NCBI GenBank assembly: GCA_963796105.1
Contig: CAWCKJ010000011.1
Coordinates: 76,543-140,542, forward strand
DNA: 64,000 bases
Source: a candidate division FCPU426 bacterium
Lineage (GTDB): Bacteria > Oederibacteriota > Muellerivitia > Muellerivitales > Muellerivitaceae
Direction of reading: 5' to 3'
Shown here in pieces: positions 1 to 8,833 of this stretch (position 1 is the first letter of the stretch; the number at the start of each line of letters is the position of its first letter). The notes beneath the pieces are model-generated. The model ran no database searches. It was given only the letters and a program-made list of their open reading frames with translations, and was not told the origin of the DNA. A program made the position numbers and the translations under genes.

Positions 1-407
1 ACTCGGTCGACATTTAAGACAGGTCCATCATTCTCGAACTCCACCAGGTTCTCGTCAACGAATGCCAAATGGTCCCCGTATCTTCCCGTCAAGAAAAGGG
101 CCGCGGAACCGACTGAAAAACTATTGTTTGATGGAAAGGAACCGCTAGGGCCCGTCAATTGGTAGTCCGCGTCGCCATAGACCCCGATCTTGATTCGGAG
201 TTTACCCTCACGGATTTCCGTAGGTTGGCCGTCGTCCTTTTTTACGATTTTAGTCGGGCTGGGTTTGGCGGGCTGGGTTTTGGAAAGGGTATTTCCTCCA
301 TTGGCTCCCGAAGTTCCATCGCCTGGATCGGCCCAGGCGGTAAAATGCGATGAAGCCAGGATCAGGATAAAAGCGGAAACAAAAGCCCGGATTACAGTAA
401 TTTTCAT
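1..407 (-). CDS. Secreted/outer-membrane beta-barrel-like protein, partial (runs off left edge)
   Basis: Not in ORF track. Hand translation: MKITVIRAFVSAFILILASSHFTAWADPG...IKIGVYGDADYQ...SAALFLTGRYGDHLAFVDENLVEFENDG. Signal peptide (AWA), GGGAG RBS, porin-like alternating strands. Confidence 0.65.
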   Translation of the reverse strand, partial: MKITVIRAFVSAFILILASSHFTAWADPGDGTSGANGGNTLSKTQPAKPSPTKIVKKDDGQPTEIREGKLRIKIGVYGDADYQLTGPSGSFPSNNSFSVGSAALFLTGRYGDHLAFVDENLVEFENDGPVLNVDR

Positions 408-450
408 CGAATATTCTCCCTGGTTAAAAAAATCCAGCGAACATAATATT

Positions 451-582
451 TAAGTTCTGAAAAAGTCGGTATATCGCCGACTTTTTAAGCAACCATTGCT
501 GGTAACCCCACGATTTCCTACGGAAATCTTTGGGGTCGAAACCTCTGTTTGACGCTTAATTTTGGTTTTCAGAGGTTTCAAT
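451..582. repeat. ~130-bp MITE-like element, copy 1
   Basis: Homologous to the reverse complement of 1703-1834. Ends TCTGAAAA...TTCAGAGGTTTCA; internal hairpin AAAAAGTCGG...CCGACTTTTT. Confidence 0.7.
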
Positions 583-688
583 TTTAATCTTTTGTCGTTA
601 CCTTGAATATTCAAACCTTACCAGGAAATCAGCCCAGCCTAAAAGGGTTCCTGCTTAATAGCAAGACTCCGTCAAAAGCCGTATTGAT

Positions 689-1204
689 TCAGGGATTTTT
701 AGAAGCTTTCTTCAAGGCGGCAAGAAGGGTGCTTCCCCTCGTCACGGATGTGTAGCGAGCCTGGACGATCCCGTTCTTGAAGACCATCAGGGTCGGGATA
801 TACATGATTTTATAATGGGCCGCGATTTCCCTGCCCTCGTCAGTATTAAGCTTTGCCACCACCGCTTTGTCCCCGATTTGCTCGGCCACCTGCTCCACGA
901 TGGGCCCTTGCATCCGGCAGGGTCCGCACCAGGGCGCCCAAAAGTCCACCAGGACCGGTTTCTTGGATTTGAGAACGACCTTTTTCCAGGTATCGGGAGA
1001 GAGCTGGATCACGCCAGCCGGCGTGGCTGAGTCAGCGGATAAAGTTCCGAAGGAGGAGGCCAGGAACAATCCCATCATCATCACGCGCGGAAAGTTTCCG
1101 GATCTATTGATTTTAATTTCGCATTTCACCCTTTTATTTTCCGCTCGGCGGTAATACCCATAACCAAATAACCCGCCCATTAAAACCGCTAATAACAATG
1201 CCAT
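689..1204 (-). CDS. Thioredoxin with N-terminal membrane/signal extension
   Basis: [11 protein letters not shown] active site; hydrophobic N-terminus. Confidence 0.9.
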   Translation of the reverse strand: MALLLAVLMGGLFGYGYYRRAENKRVKCEIKINRSGNFPRVMMMGLFLASSFGTLSADSATPAGVIQLSPDTWKKVVLKSKKPVLVDFWAPWCGPCRMQGPIVEQVAEQIGDKAVVAKLNTDEGREIAAHYKIMYIPTLMVFKNGIVQARYTSVTRGSTLLAALKKASKNP

Positions 1205-1309
1205 GTCTCGCTCCCCTCAAATTCCGTTGGATTCATCACAAAGACATAATATGGCCGGCCGTTCCAAAAAATAAGACCTTTCGGAATAAATAACTCTCCG
1301 GTTTAAGTC

Positions 1310-1681
1310 TTAATCCTTTTTGGCGTAATTGGCCATTCCCAGGAAATCCACAAGCACGACAGGCTCATTGCCCACAACCCAGCCGTCGTGCCCCGGGGGA
1401 ATCGAGGAAACATCACCTGCCTTGCACTCATACTCGGTCCCGTCGTCCATCCGGACCCTCATCACCCCTGAGACATGGTATTGGAAATGGCGCGCCTCAC
1501 AGCTTTCGGTCTTGACTATGGGTTTTATGGAACTGGACCACCTGAAACCCGGCAGGTAAGTCACCTTCCCGACGACCTTGTCCCCGAATTTGACCAGTTC
1601 GATTTTCCCGTTGGGTATTTCCCTGACCTCATCAGGATGGTCGAAGTTTTTCGCCTCCACCTTTTTTTTGTCCATGAACAT
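1310..1681 (-). CDS. Cupin-domain protein
   Basis: PGFRWS...SCEARH...GDVSSIPPGHDGWVVG cupin motif. Confidence 0.85.
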   Translation of the reverse strand: MFMDKKKVEAKNFDHPDEVREIPNGKIELVKFGDKVVGKVTYLPGFRWSSSIKPIVKTESCEARHFQYHVSGVMRVRMDDGTEYECKAGDVSSIPPGHDGWVVGNEPVVLVDFLGMANYAKKD

Positions 1682-1702
1682 GGAGCCTCCCCTTTTTCAA
1701 TC

Positions 1703-1834
1703 TGAAACCTCTGAAGAACTGTAAAAAGCGGCCAACAGAAGTTTCGACCCCAAAGATTTCCGCAGGAAATCGCGGGGTTTCCATAAATGGTTTTCTGAAA
1801 AAGAGGGCGATAGCCGACTTTTTCAGAGGTTACA
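1703..1834. repeat. ~130-bp MITE-like element, copy 2 (inverted relative to copy 1)
   Basis: Terminal inverted repeats TGAAACCTCTGAA ... TTCAGAGGTTACA; core GTTTCGACCCCAAAGATTTCCG matches copy 1. Confidence 0.75.
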
Positions 1835-1963
1835 ATTTATGTATTCAAGCCTTGAAACCGGGTCAGTATAGAAAAGGAGCTAGTGAAATTTCTCGGAGGG
1901 ATAACTGATTTTTTTAGTGCGGGGACGGCAATTTCTATTAATTCTTGGCTTTTTTATCAGGAT

Positions 1964-2464
1964 TTATAACTCTTTTTCATACAGCCGGACCACCCACTGC
2001 TCCCAGGGCTTCGTACCGGCCTTTTTGAAACCGTTCGACTCATAATAGGCGCATAGACGGCCGTTGGCGTCGTTGCAATCCAGCCTCACGTATTTCTTCC
2101 CGGCGCTTTCGGCGGCCTTTTCGATGAAAGCCAAAATCTCACGCCCGACACCTTTCCCGATGATGGAAGGGTCGATTCCCATGGTATGGATCCAGCAGGC
2201 CAGGCCGTCCTTCTTCATGGGATGCCAGAAGGTGTCGTCCCATTGTATGACGAAGACGCCGGATAAATTCCCGTCTTTCAGGATTTTGTAAACCTCCCCC
2301 TCCTGGAAACGGCGTTTGAGGATGACCGCCCCTTTTCTCTCTTCCAGGAACTGCTTCCACTGGTCGAGGCCTTTTCTCTGGAGCCAAACGGCGATGCGCC
2401 TCAGCAAGGCCAGGATTTCATCGGAATCAGTTTGTTCCGCCCGTTGGAAGATCAGGTCATTCAT
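1964..2464 (-). CDS. GNAT family N-acetyltransferase
   Basis: GKGVGREIL motif A; RLDC...LCAYYESNGF. Confidence 0.88.
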   Translation of the reverse strand: MNDLIFQRAEQTDSDEILALLRRIAVWLQRKGLDQWKQFLEERKGAVILKRRFQEGEVYKILKDGNLSGVFVIQWDDTFWHPMKKDGLACWIHTMGIDPSIIGKGVGREILAFIEKAAESAGKKYVRLDCNDANGRLCAYYESNGFKKAGTKPWEQWVVRLYEKEL

Positions 2465-2940
2465 GAATGGCAGTCGCTTTCAACAAGGCGCCTGTCCTTG
2501 GGGAATTTGTCCCAGCCGTTTTTGGAGGCGTATTCCAGGACCAGGGGAATCCTTTGGTCGAACATCCTCTTCCAGCCCCGGGCCATGATCTTTTTCACGA
2601 GGAGTCCCTTTAAGCCCTTGAACCCGTCCTGGACCAAGCTTAGCTTGGTTCCTTTCCCCTCTTCTTTGAGCTTCCAAGTAATCAGGAAGGGGTCTTTCCC
2701 CCCGTCGTTTCCACATTGGCTCCAGGAAAGTCGATGGGGTTCCTCCACCTCTAAAACCACACAGCGGGCGATGCCGTCCCAGCCTGCCATGGGTTTGGCC
2801 CACATTTTGAATTTATAACCGACCTGGGGCTTGAATTCGTTTTTCATCAGCCATTGGGCGATGGATTCGGATTCGGTCAAAGCCTTCCACACATGCTCGA
2901 TGGGATAGGGATAAAAAGCTTCCAGCTCAATCTCGGCCAT
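2461..2940 (-). CDS. SRPBCC/AHSA1 (START-like) domain protein
   Basis: PIEHVWKALTESESIAQWLM...LEVEEPHRLSWS. ATG at 2940 with AGGAGA RBS preferred; 4-bp overlap with the GNAT gene. Confidence 0.85.
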   Translation of the reverse strand: MAEIELEAFYPYPIEHVWKALTESESIAQWLMKNEFKPQVGYKFKMWAKPMAGWDGIARCVVLEVEEPHRLSWSQCGNDGGKDPFLITWKLKEEGKGTKLSLVQDGFKGLKGLLVKKIMARGWKRMFDQRIPLVLEYASKNGWDKFPKDRRLVESDCHS

Positions 2941-3032
2941 CGATTCTCCTGAAATTATTATTTTAAAAATTACGGAGGGGGTAGTAAGGGGGCGGATTAA
3001 GATTAACAAAATCCAAGCAACGGATTCAAAGT

Positions 3033-3512
3033 TTATTTATTCAGCTTATTCATTCCATTTGATTTTCCGCAAAGGGTGCACTTTTTATTGTGGACGCAGA
3101 TGATGCCTCCCCCGAAGTTACAGGACCATCGGATTTTCTCGTTCGCGGCGAATTCCCGGATCCCCGAATTCCGGATATTCCCCAGGTTCTCAATGATGCT
3201 CATTTGATATCGGGTTTTGTACCGGTGATCCAGGTGTTTGAGTTTGTCGCAGGGGAATTTCCCGCACTCAAAACAATATCTCCCTTTGCTTTTTCTAAAA
3301 ATTTCGCAGTTCCTGATCGTGCACTGAACGCAGCTTTTCGACTTATTGACATCGCGGCCCCTGCATCCGGGGCATTTTTTTGTCTTCCGCAAATTAGCCC
3401 TGCAAATACCGCAGTTCATCCCGCAGGGCGCGATCAGCGCAAGGTTACTCAAGGGTTTTTCTTTAACTCTCATCTCCCCCATTCCTCCCCCGAACGGATT
3501 CGAACGTTTCAA
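3033..3512 (-). CDS. DUF3795-type Cys-rich protein
   Basis: IAPCGMNCGIC...CPGC...CFECGKFPC pattern; true start may be ATG 3473. Confidence 0.8.
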   Translation of the reverse strand: MKRSNPFGGGMGEMRVKEKPLSNLALIAPCGMNCGICRANLRKTKKCPGCRGRDVNKSKSCVQCTIRNCEIFRKSKGRYCFECGKFPCDKLKHLDHRYKTRYQMSIIENLGNIRNSGIREFAANEKIRWSCNFGGGIICVHNKKCTLCGKSNGMNKLNK

Positions 3513-3609
3513 TAACCTTTCAGGGTAATTATTTTATCGTTTAAGGAAAAACAGCGGGGAATATTTGGAATAAATTGACGTTAAGTGGTTACCGGGAGTA
3601 ACCGCCTTT

Positions 3610-5280
3610 TTATTTTTCGACTGGGCCCCGGGGATATATCCGCAAATAAGAAAGGTATCCTCCCGGTAAGTTCCTGGCCTTGAACCCGTTTTGCAGAAGT
3701 ATCCGGTTGGCGTAATAGGACCTTTGGCCGACCCGGCAATAGGCCCATATTTCTTTGTCTTTCGGCAGTTCCCCCAGCCGCCCGCGCAGCTCATTCACCG
3801 GGATGTTGACGGCCCCGGGGATGTGGCCGGAAGAATATTCCGAGGTATCCCGGACATCCAGAATGATTTTTTCAGTGGGCGTAAGGAGGGTACCCCAGTC
3901 GGCCAATTCCAAATCTCCCCTCATGACGTTGGACGCGATCATTCCAGCCAGGTTCACCGGATCCTTGGCCGCGCCGTATTGGGGCGCGTAACTCAACTCG
4001 GCTTCCTCCAAATCCTGGACCGTGCCTCCCATTTGGATCATGGCGGAGGCCACGTCCACCCTCTTTTCCACCCCTTCCTCGCCCACGGCCTGGAAGCCCA
4101 GGACTTTCCCGTCCCGGCGGTCGAATAGAAGCTTGATGAAGATGGGTTTGGTGTTGGGGTAATAAGCCACATGGTGGCCGGGATGCAGGTAAACCTTGCC
4201 GTAATCCTTGAACCCATAAGCCTTGAGGGTTTTCTCGCTTTCCCCTGTTTGGGCGGCCGTCAGACCGAAGAGGCCGCAAACCGAGGTGGCCTGCACTCCG
4301 CGGAATTTTCTGGGTTTACCGGAAAGGACATCCGCGGCGATTCGCCCCTGGCGGTTGGCGGGACCAGCCAGGGGTATGAGTTTGGCCGCACCCAGGGGAA
4401 GGGTCTTCACTTCCACCGCGTCCCCCACAGCGAATATGGAAGGATCGCTGGTTCTCATCTCGTCGTCCACCTTGATTCCACCCATGGGGCCTAATTCCAG
4501 TCCCGTTTCCCTGGCCAAATCCGTTTCCGGCCTCACTCCGATTGCGAGTATCACCATCCCAGCCTGGATTTTCTCTCCCGATTGGGTCATCACCGTCAGG
4601 CCGTTCGGACCGGTTTCGAAGGAAACAGCGCCGTCATTCAACCTTAAATCCACGCCCTTTTCCCTCAACTTTTCCTGGATGGGTTCCGCCATCTCAGGAT
4701 CCAAGGGGGGCATGACCTGGGCGCTCATTTCCAGGATCGTCACCTGGAGCCCCTTATGGACCAGGTTCTCGGCCATCTCCAATCCCACGAAACCTCCTCC
4801 CACCACCAGGGCGTTCTTGACGTTCTTTTCCTCGATCCATTCGCGGATGCGCCTTGAGTCGGGGATGTTCCGAAGGGTGAAGATGCCGGGCAGATCAACT
4901 CCCGGCAAGGGGGGCTTGATAGGCTTGGCGCCGGGGGAAAGCACGAGGGCGTCGTAGGATTCGGTGTATGTTTTTCCGGTGGCCAGGTCTTTTACCGAGA
5001 TTTTTTTATTGGATCGGTCGATGGAAAGAACTTCGTTCTCCACCCTGACCTGGATATTGAAACGATCACGGAATAGGGCCGGCGTGGCCAGAAGGAGCTT
5101 TTTTTCCTCGGTGATCACCTCGCCCACGTAATAGGGCAGGCCGCAATTGGCGAAGGAGACGTATTTTCCCCGGTCCAGCAGGAGGATTTCCAAATCCTCC
5201 CTTTGGCGCCGAAGCCTGGCCGCGCAGGATGCCCCGCCCGCCACTCCCCCGACAATCACTACTTTTTTTAGTTTATCCAC
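3610..5280 (-). CDS. cdr: CoA-disulfide reductase with C-terminal rhodanese domain (CoADR-RHD)
   Basis: GGVAGGAS FAD motif, SFANCGLPY redox Cys, GGGFVGLE NAD(P)H motif, YAPQYG, C-terminal LDVR...YCRVGQRS rhodanese. Confidence 0.93.
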   Translation of the reverse strand: MDKLKKVVIVGGVAGGASCAARLRRQREDLEILLLDRGKYVSFANCGLPYYVGEVITEEKKLLLATPALFRDRFNIQVRVENEVLSIDRSNKKISVKDLATGKTYTESYDALVLSPGAKPIKPPLPGVDLPGIFTLRNIPDSRRIREWIEEKNVKNALVVGGGFVGLEMAENLVHKGLQVTILEMSAQVMPPLDPEMAEPIQEKLREKGVDLRLNDGAVSFETGPNGLTVMTQSGEKIQAGMVILAIGVRPETDLARETGLELGPMGGIKVDDEMRTSDPSIFAVGDAVEVKTLPLGAAKLIPLAGPANRQGRIAADVLSGKPRKFRGVQATSVCGLFGLTAAQTGESEKTLKAYGFKDYGKVYLHPGHHVAYYPNTKPIFIKLLFDRRDGKVLGFQAVGEEGVEKRVDVASAMIQMGGTVQDLEEAELSYAPQYGAAKDPVNLAGMIASNVMRGDLELADWGTLLTPTEKIILDVRDTSEYSSGHIPGAVNIPVNELRGRLGELPKDKEIWAYCRVGQRSYYANRILLQNGFKARNLPGGYLSYLRIYPRGPVEK

Positions 5281-5324
5281 CGGGTATCCTTCTTTCTAAA
5301 GATCGGGTTATTGAGTTTTTTCCT

Positions 5325-5690
5325 TTACTCCACGGGAAGGCCGCTTCGGCTCCAGGCCATGATTCCACCCGCAATATGTGCCGCCTTGGTGAAACCTTTT
5401 TCCTTCAACAGACGCAAGGCCGTGGCGCTACGGCTTCCGCTTCGGCAATAAAGGATCACGGGCTTGTTCTTGTCTACTTCACCAAGGCGTTTTCCCAATT
5501 CGTGGAGGGGAATCAACTTGGACCCGGCGATATGGCCTTGGCGATTTTCCTCTACGCTCCGAACATCAACGAGTTGGGGCGGGTTGCCGCCCTTTAACCG
5601 TTGGAAGGCTTCTTGCGGCGCCAGCTCGGCAGAAGGATCGGAAGGACCGACGCCCAGCAACATTTTGAACAACGAAATGATGCTTCCCAT
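5325..5690 (-). CDS. Rhodanese-like sulfurtransferase
   Basis: LVDVRS..E...GHIAGS; YCRSGSRS active-site loop. Confidence 0.92.
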   Translation of the reverse strand: MGSIISLFKMLLGVGPSDPSAELAPQEAFQRLKGGNPPQLVDVRSVEENRQGHIAGSKLIPLHELGKRLGEVDKNKPVILYCRSGSRSATALRLLKEKGFTKAAHIAGGIMAWSRSGLPVE

Positions 5691-5730
5691 GCGAACTCCT
5701 TTTATAATGAATTTAAACTCAAAAAACCAA

Positions 5731-5768
5731 TCACTGGCCTTTTTTATAACCGGTCATGAGAAAAATCG
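5731..5768 (-). pseudogene. Detached original 3' end of the methyltransferase gene
   Basis: Removing the IS1595 and one TSD copy restores ...RTFTIF-LMTGYKKGQ-stop in frame. Confidence 0.75.
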
Positions 5769-6756
5769 CATGCCTATCCGAACAACGCTTGCGCAGTAAT
5801 GGGTTTTGCCAAAGCGCAAGCGGTTAAGGCCCGGTGAAATAAGGAATCTGGGTCATGGCGACGATTGAACCGATAAGTATATTCGCTCAAGTATCCAGGC
5901 AGATATTTCACGTTGACTCCATGATGGGTTCCTAGGATCCAAGCCTTGGCGTTGGAAATGAATCGGTGGACCCAAGGTAACCAGTGATTTAACACCACTG
6001 GGTCATTGGCTGTTACCTGGTACTCCACATCCACGTTTTCCAAGTTTCTCAAGCTGGGACTGGCATCCGTGTTTATCATGGCGCCTTTCTGGATTGCTTG
6101 ATCGACGAATGCTTGGGCTTCCCACTTGGTTTCTGCGGTCACCTTTATCTTTGCAAAACCCGCTTTCTCTTTTTTGCGCCCTTTCTCATCTATCCATTCT
6201 TTGCTTTCAACCGCCACCAGCACTTCAGCCTGGTTTTCCTTTTCTCTCTTGCCGAATACAGCCCCATCCAACTCAATGATTTCCTTGAGTTGGTAATTTT
6301 CATCCCTTTGTCGAAGACTTTCCCGAATCTTATGCAACATCCTCCAAACGGTATCGTAGGAGGGCATTCCCAATTGCCGCTGAAGTTCCAGGGCTGAAAT
6401 GCCCCTTTTCCCTTGCATCACCAATCCAATCATCCTCAACCAGGTTAAGATTGGGATCTTGGATTTCCGGAAGATCGTTCCGGCTCGAAGCCGTATTTGC
6501 TTTCGACAATAGTCACATTCCCGCACTTCGGGGCGGTTTTTGTGTTGCCAGAAACTTTCTCCTTCACATTGTGGGCAAACAAAGTCTTTTCCGGCAAAAC
6601 GGCTCTTCCACACCCATTGACGTGCCTTTTCTTCTGTATCGATTTCCTTGAAAATCTCAATCCCCTTCATCCGTTGGTAGTTCATAATTTGCCCCTCCAA
6701 CAATGAGTATACTCCTGTATTCCTTTATTTCAACAGGTACCGTTTGGAGAGGCATT
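5769..6756 (-). mobile_element. IS1595-family insertion sequence
   Basis: Imperfect TIRs CATGCCTATCCGAAC / GTTTGGAGAGGCATT; 8-bp target duplication AAAAATCG at 5761-5768 and 6757-6764. Confidence 0.9.
5774..6703 (-). CDS. IS1595-family DDE transposase
   Basis: N-terminal zinc ribbon CPQC...CDYC, GISALELQRQLG, IELDG, INTD, YLSEYTYRFNRR. Confidence 0.92.
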   Translation of the reverse strand: MLEGQIMNYQRMKGIEIFKEIDTEEKARQWVWKSRFAGKDFVCPQCEGESFWQHKNRPEVRECDYCRKQIRLRAGTIFRKSKIPILTWLRMIGLVMQGKRGISALELQRQLGMPSYDTVWRMLHKIRESLRQRDENYQLKEIIELDGAVFGKREKENQAEVLVAVESKEWIDEKGRKKEKAGFAKIKVTAETKWEAQAFVDQAIQKGAMINTDASPSLRNLENVDVEYQVTANDPVVLNHWLPWVHRFISNAKAWILGTHHGVNVKYLPGYLSEYTYRFNRRHDPDSLFHRALTACALAKPITAQALFG

Positions 6757-7374
6757 AAAAATCGTGAAGGTTCGTGTCCCGCCTTGTGGGGCGGGCTTCT
6801 CCGCCTTCGACGCGGTCCAATCCTGGATGCTGTCGAATCCGGTTTGCCGGTAAATCGACGCCAGGGCCGCCCGGTCGAAACCATGGTGGAAAACCCCGGT
6901 ATTATCCTCATGAAAAAATCCGCCGTCCGGGTCCAAGTCCGCTAGGGCCAGAATTCCCCCCGGTTTCAACAAACCATGAAATAGCGCGATAAGGACTTTG
7001 GTGTCACTGACATGATGGATTGCCATGCTGCTGACGATGAGATGGTAGCGCTCTTCCAATTCACCGCCTTTTTCCAGATCCAGGAACCTGGTTTTTACGT
7101 TTTTTAATCCCATTTTCACGGCCTTATCCCGGAGAATATCGAGCATACCTTGGGAACTATCGACGCCCGTGATAGCGCGCACAAGGGGTTGGAGTTGGAG
7201 TGTAACCAGCCCCGTCCCGCACCCGAAATCCAGCACCTCCATATCCCTCGTTATGGGGACATGGATTTTGATGGCTTCGGCCACGTCACTCGCGAGTTTG
7301 ACCCGTCCCGGTTTCTCGTCCCAGGTAGCGGCCTCTTTGTTAAAATCCCTGGTTTCCATCCCTGCCCCTTCCAT
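6730..7374 (-). CDS. Class I SAM-dependent methyltransferase; last residues replaced by IS sequence
   Basis: VLDFGCGTG motif I, GVDSSQGML, LKPGGILALADL; the last 8 codons lie inside the IS1595 end. Confidence 0.9.
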   Translation of the reverse strand: MEGAGMETRDFNKEAATWDEKPGRVKLASDVAEAIKIHVPITRDMEVLDFGCGTGLVTLQLQPLVRAITGVDSSQGMLDILRDKAVKMGLKNVKTRFLDLEKGGELEERYHLIVSSMAIHHVSDTKVLIALFHGLLKPGGILALADLDPDGGFFHEDNTGVFHHGFDRAALASIYRQTGFDSIQDWTASKAEKPAPQGGTRTFTIFNASPNGTC

Positions 7375-7496
7375 TTTTAGGATCGTATGATCAATCCTTA
7401 TTCATGCGTTTCTGACAACCCCGCCGTTCCACGCGGATTCCCGGGCATTCCCTTGCGGTTTTACGCCCGGGGTTTATGATATGCGCCGGAGGGAAC

Positions 7497-7829
7497 ATGT
7501 CCAGGCCACGCTGTCCACGTCGAATCGAATGCCGCCCCGACTCGAATTATTTCAAACCCCGCGGCATTCCCATGAGCGATTTGGAGGAAATCCTTTTGGA
7601 AGCCGATGAAATGGAATCCCTGCGGCTCGCCGATTTCGAGGGCCTTTACCACGAGAAGGCCGCGAAAAAAATGGGCATCTCCCGCCCCACCTTCGGGCGC
7701 ATCCTGGAGTCAGCCCGGAAGAAAGTCGCCACGGCCCTGGTCAAGGGCAACGCCCTTCATATCCAGACGGATATGAAAACCCCGGCTCAAAAGGCGATAC
7801 CTCCCAATCCAGGCCCAGCCTCGTCCTAA
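7497..7829 (+). CDS. DUF134 (UPF0251) HTH protein
   Basis: MSRPRCPRRI...FKPRGIP...DEMESLRLADFEGL...AAKKMGISRPTFGRIL signature. Confidence 0.9.
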   Translation: MSRPRCPRRIECRPDSNYFKPRGIPMSDLEEILLEADEMESLRLADFEGLYHEKAAKKMGISRPTFGRILESARKKVATALVKGNALHIQTDMKTPAQKAIPPNPGPASS

Positions 7830-7900
7830 TATTCTCAACCGCCGTTTAAATCCTTCCGAATCCTACCGGGGTTTTACCCGCATGGGTTTCCGCTACGATT

Positions 7901-7928
7901 ATTTTGAGCATATGACCATAATAGTCAA
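7901..7928 (-). promoter_or_regulatory. Sigma70-like promoter overlapped by a palindromic operator
   Basis: Minus strand reads TTGACT-ATTATGGTCATATGCTCAAAAT; near-identical element at 14460-14487. Confidence 0.6.
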
Positions 7929-7964
7929 GGCCTATCTATCGGGCCGGTTCCCTTCCCGTTTCAA

Positions 7965-8007
7965 TGTGATTTAGATCATCAAACTAATCAGCCTCTCGCC
8001 TTAATAT
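7965..8007 (+). promoter_or_regulatory. CRP/FNR-like site plus -10 box upstream of the mvhD-hdrA operon
   Basis: TGTGAT-TTAG-ATCATC at 7965-7980 and TAATAT at 8002-8007; spacing puts the site centre near -41.5. Confidence 0.4.
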
Positions 8008-8028
8008 TCAATCGAAGTGATTTAGTAG

Positions 8029-8044
8029 TTTAGCATATGCTAAA
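8029..8044. promoter_or_regulatory. Perfect 16-bp palindrome, probable ArsR-family operator
   Basis: TTTAGCATATGCTAAA, between the putative -10 and the RBS of an operon containing an ArsR gene. Confidence 0.55.
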
Positions 8045-8063
8045 TCAGTAAAGGGGTGGATGA

Positions 8064-8486
8064 ATGGCTGGCATCGCGGCAGTGGTGGACCCGGCGGATC
8101 TCAAGAGGATCGGCCAGGGAGCCCCCAAAATATTGATTTTGACGACCCTGGCGAGTTCCTATCCCGGCGCCAACGCGGTGGGCCAAGCGCGCCTTCAGTA
8201 TTCGCCAAACACCTATATCTTCCGGGTCCCCGACCCAGTCCTGTTCCCCGACGATTTCTACCTGAGGTGTTTCGAGAAGGGTTTTGCCGGCATCATCGTG
8301 ATGTCCAGCGGATCAGACTGCCCCTACGAAGGCGCCTACCCGCGGTTGTCGGCCCGAATCGGCCGCGTCTATCAGCGCATGAAGGAACGTGGAATCCCGA
8401 CAAACCGGCTCAAGCTCACGACCATCTGTACCGTATGCAGGGCGGCTTTTTTGAAAGAAATTTCCGAAATGGAAACGGCAATCTAG
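8064..8486 (+). CDS. Divergent MvhD/FlpD-like iron-sulfur subunit
   Basis: SYPGANAVGQARLQYSPN..IFRV...FEKGFAGIIV...DCPY...GIPTNRLKL follows the MvhD pattern, but most canonical Cys are missing. Confidence 0.75.
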   Translation: MAGIAAVVDPADLKRIGQGAPKILILTTLASSYPGANAVGQARLQYSPNTYIFRVPDPVLFPDDFYLRCFEKGFAGIIVMSSGSDCPYEGAYPRLSARIGRVYQRMKERGIPTNRLKLTTICTVCRAAFLKEISEMETAI

Positions 8487-8502
8487 CAAGAGGTGACCAA
8501 AC

Positions 8503-8808
8503 ATGAATAAAAACCAGATAGACCACGCCGGGGAAGGCGCGGAAATATTGGCCTGCTTGGCCCATCCCACCCGGCTCCTGATCGTCTGCCTTCTCCTAAA
8601 GCGGGAACATTTTGTCCAGGAATTGTTGGATGAGCTGGGAAGCACCAAGGGAAATCTCTCCCAGCACTTGCGCATCCTTTCAGGGAAGGGCCTTTTACGG
8701 AAACGCAAGGAAAACAACCGTGTTTATTACGGAATTCAGGACGTCCGGGTCCGGCACCTGGTCGTACTGTTGAAGAAACTTTATTGCCCGGGTCTGAAGA
8801 CTCATTAA
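8503..8808 (+). CDS. ArsR/SmtB regulator, BigR/SqrR-like
   Basis: LAHPTRLLIVCLL...NLSQHLRIL...VYY...LYC; Cys in helix 2 and at the C-terminus. Confidence 0.88.
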   Translation: MNKNQIDHAGEGAEILACLAHPTRLLIVCLLLKREHFVQELLDELGSTKGNLSQHLRILSGKGLLRKRKENNRVYYGIQDVRVRHLVVLLKKLYCPGLKTH

Positions 8809-8833
8809 CTAAAAAATTAAGAGGAGGCTCATC

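Noticed and set aside
159..453. Plus-strand ORFs 159-353 and 190-453
   Set aside because: Overlap the better-supported minus-strand secreted-protein gene (1-407)
4223..4957. Long antisense ORFs (also 26213-27277, 8483-9331, 50892-51608)
   Set aside because: Shadows of well-supported genes on the opposite strand in GC-rich codon usage
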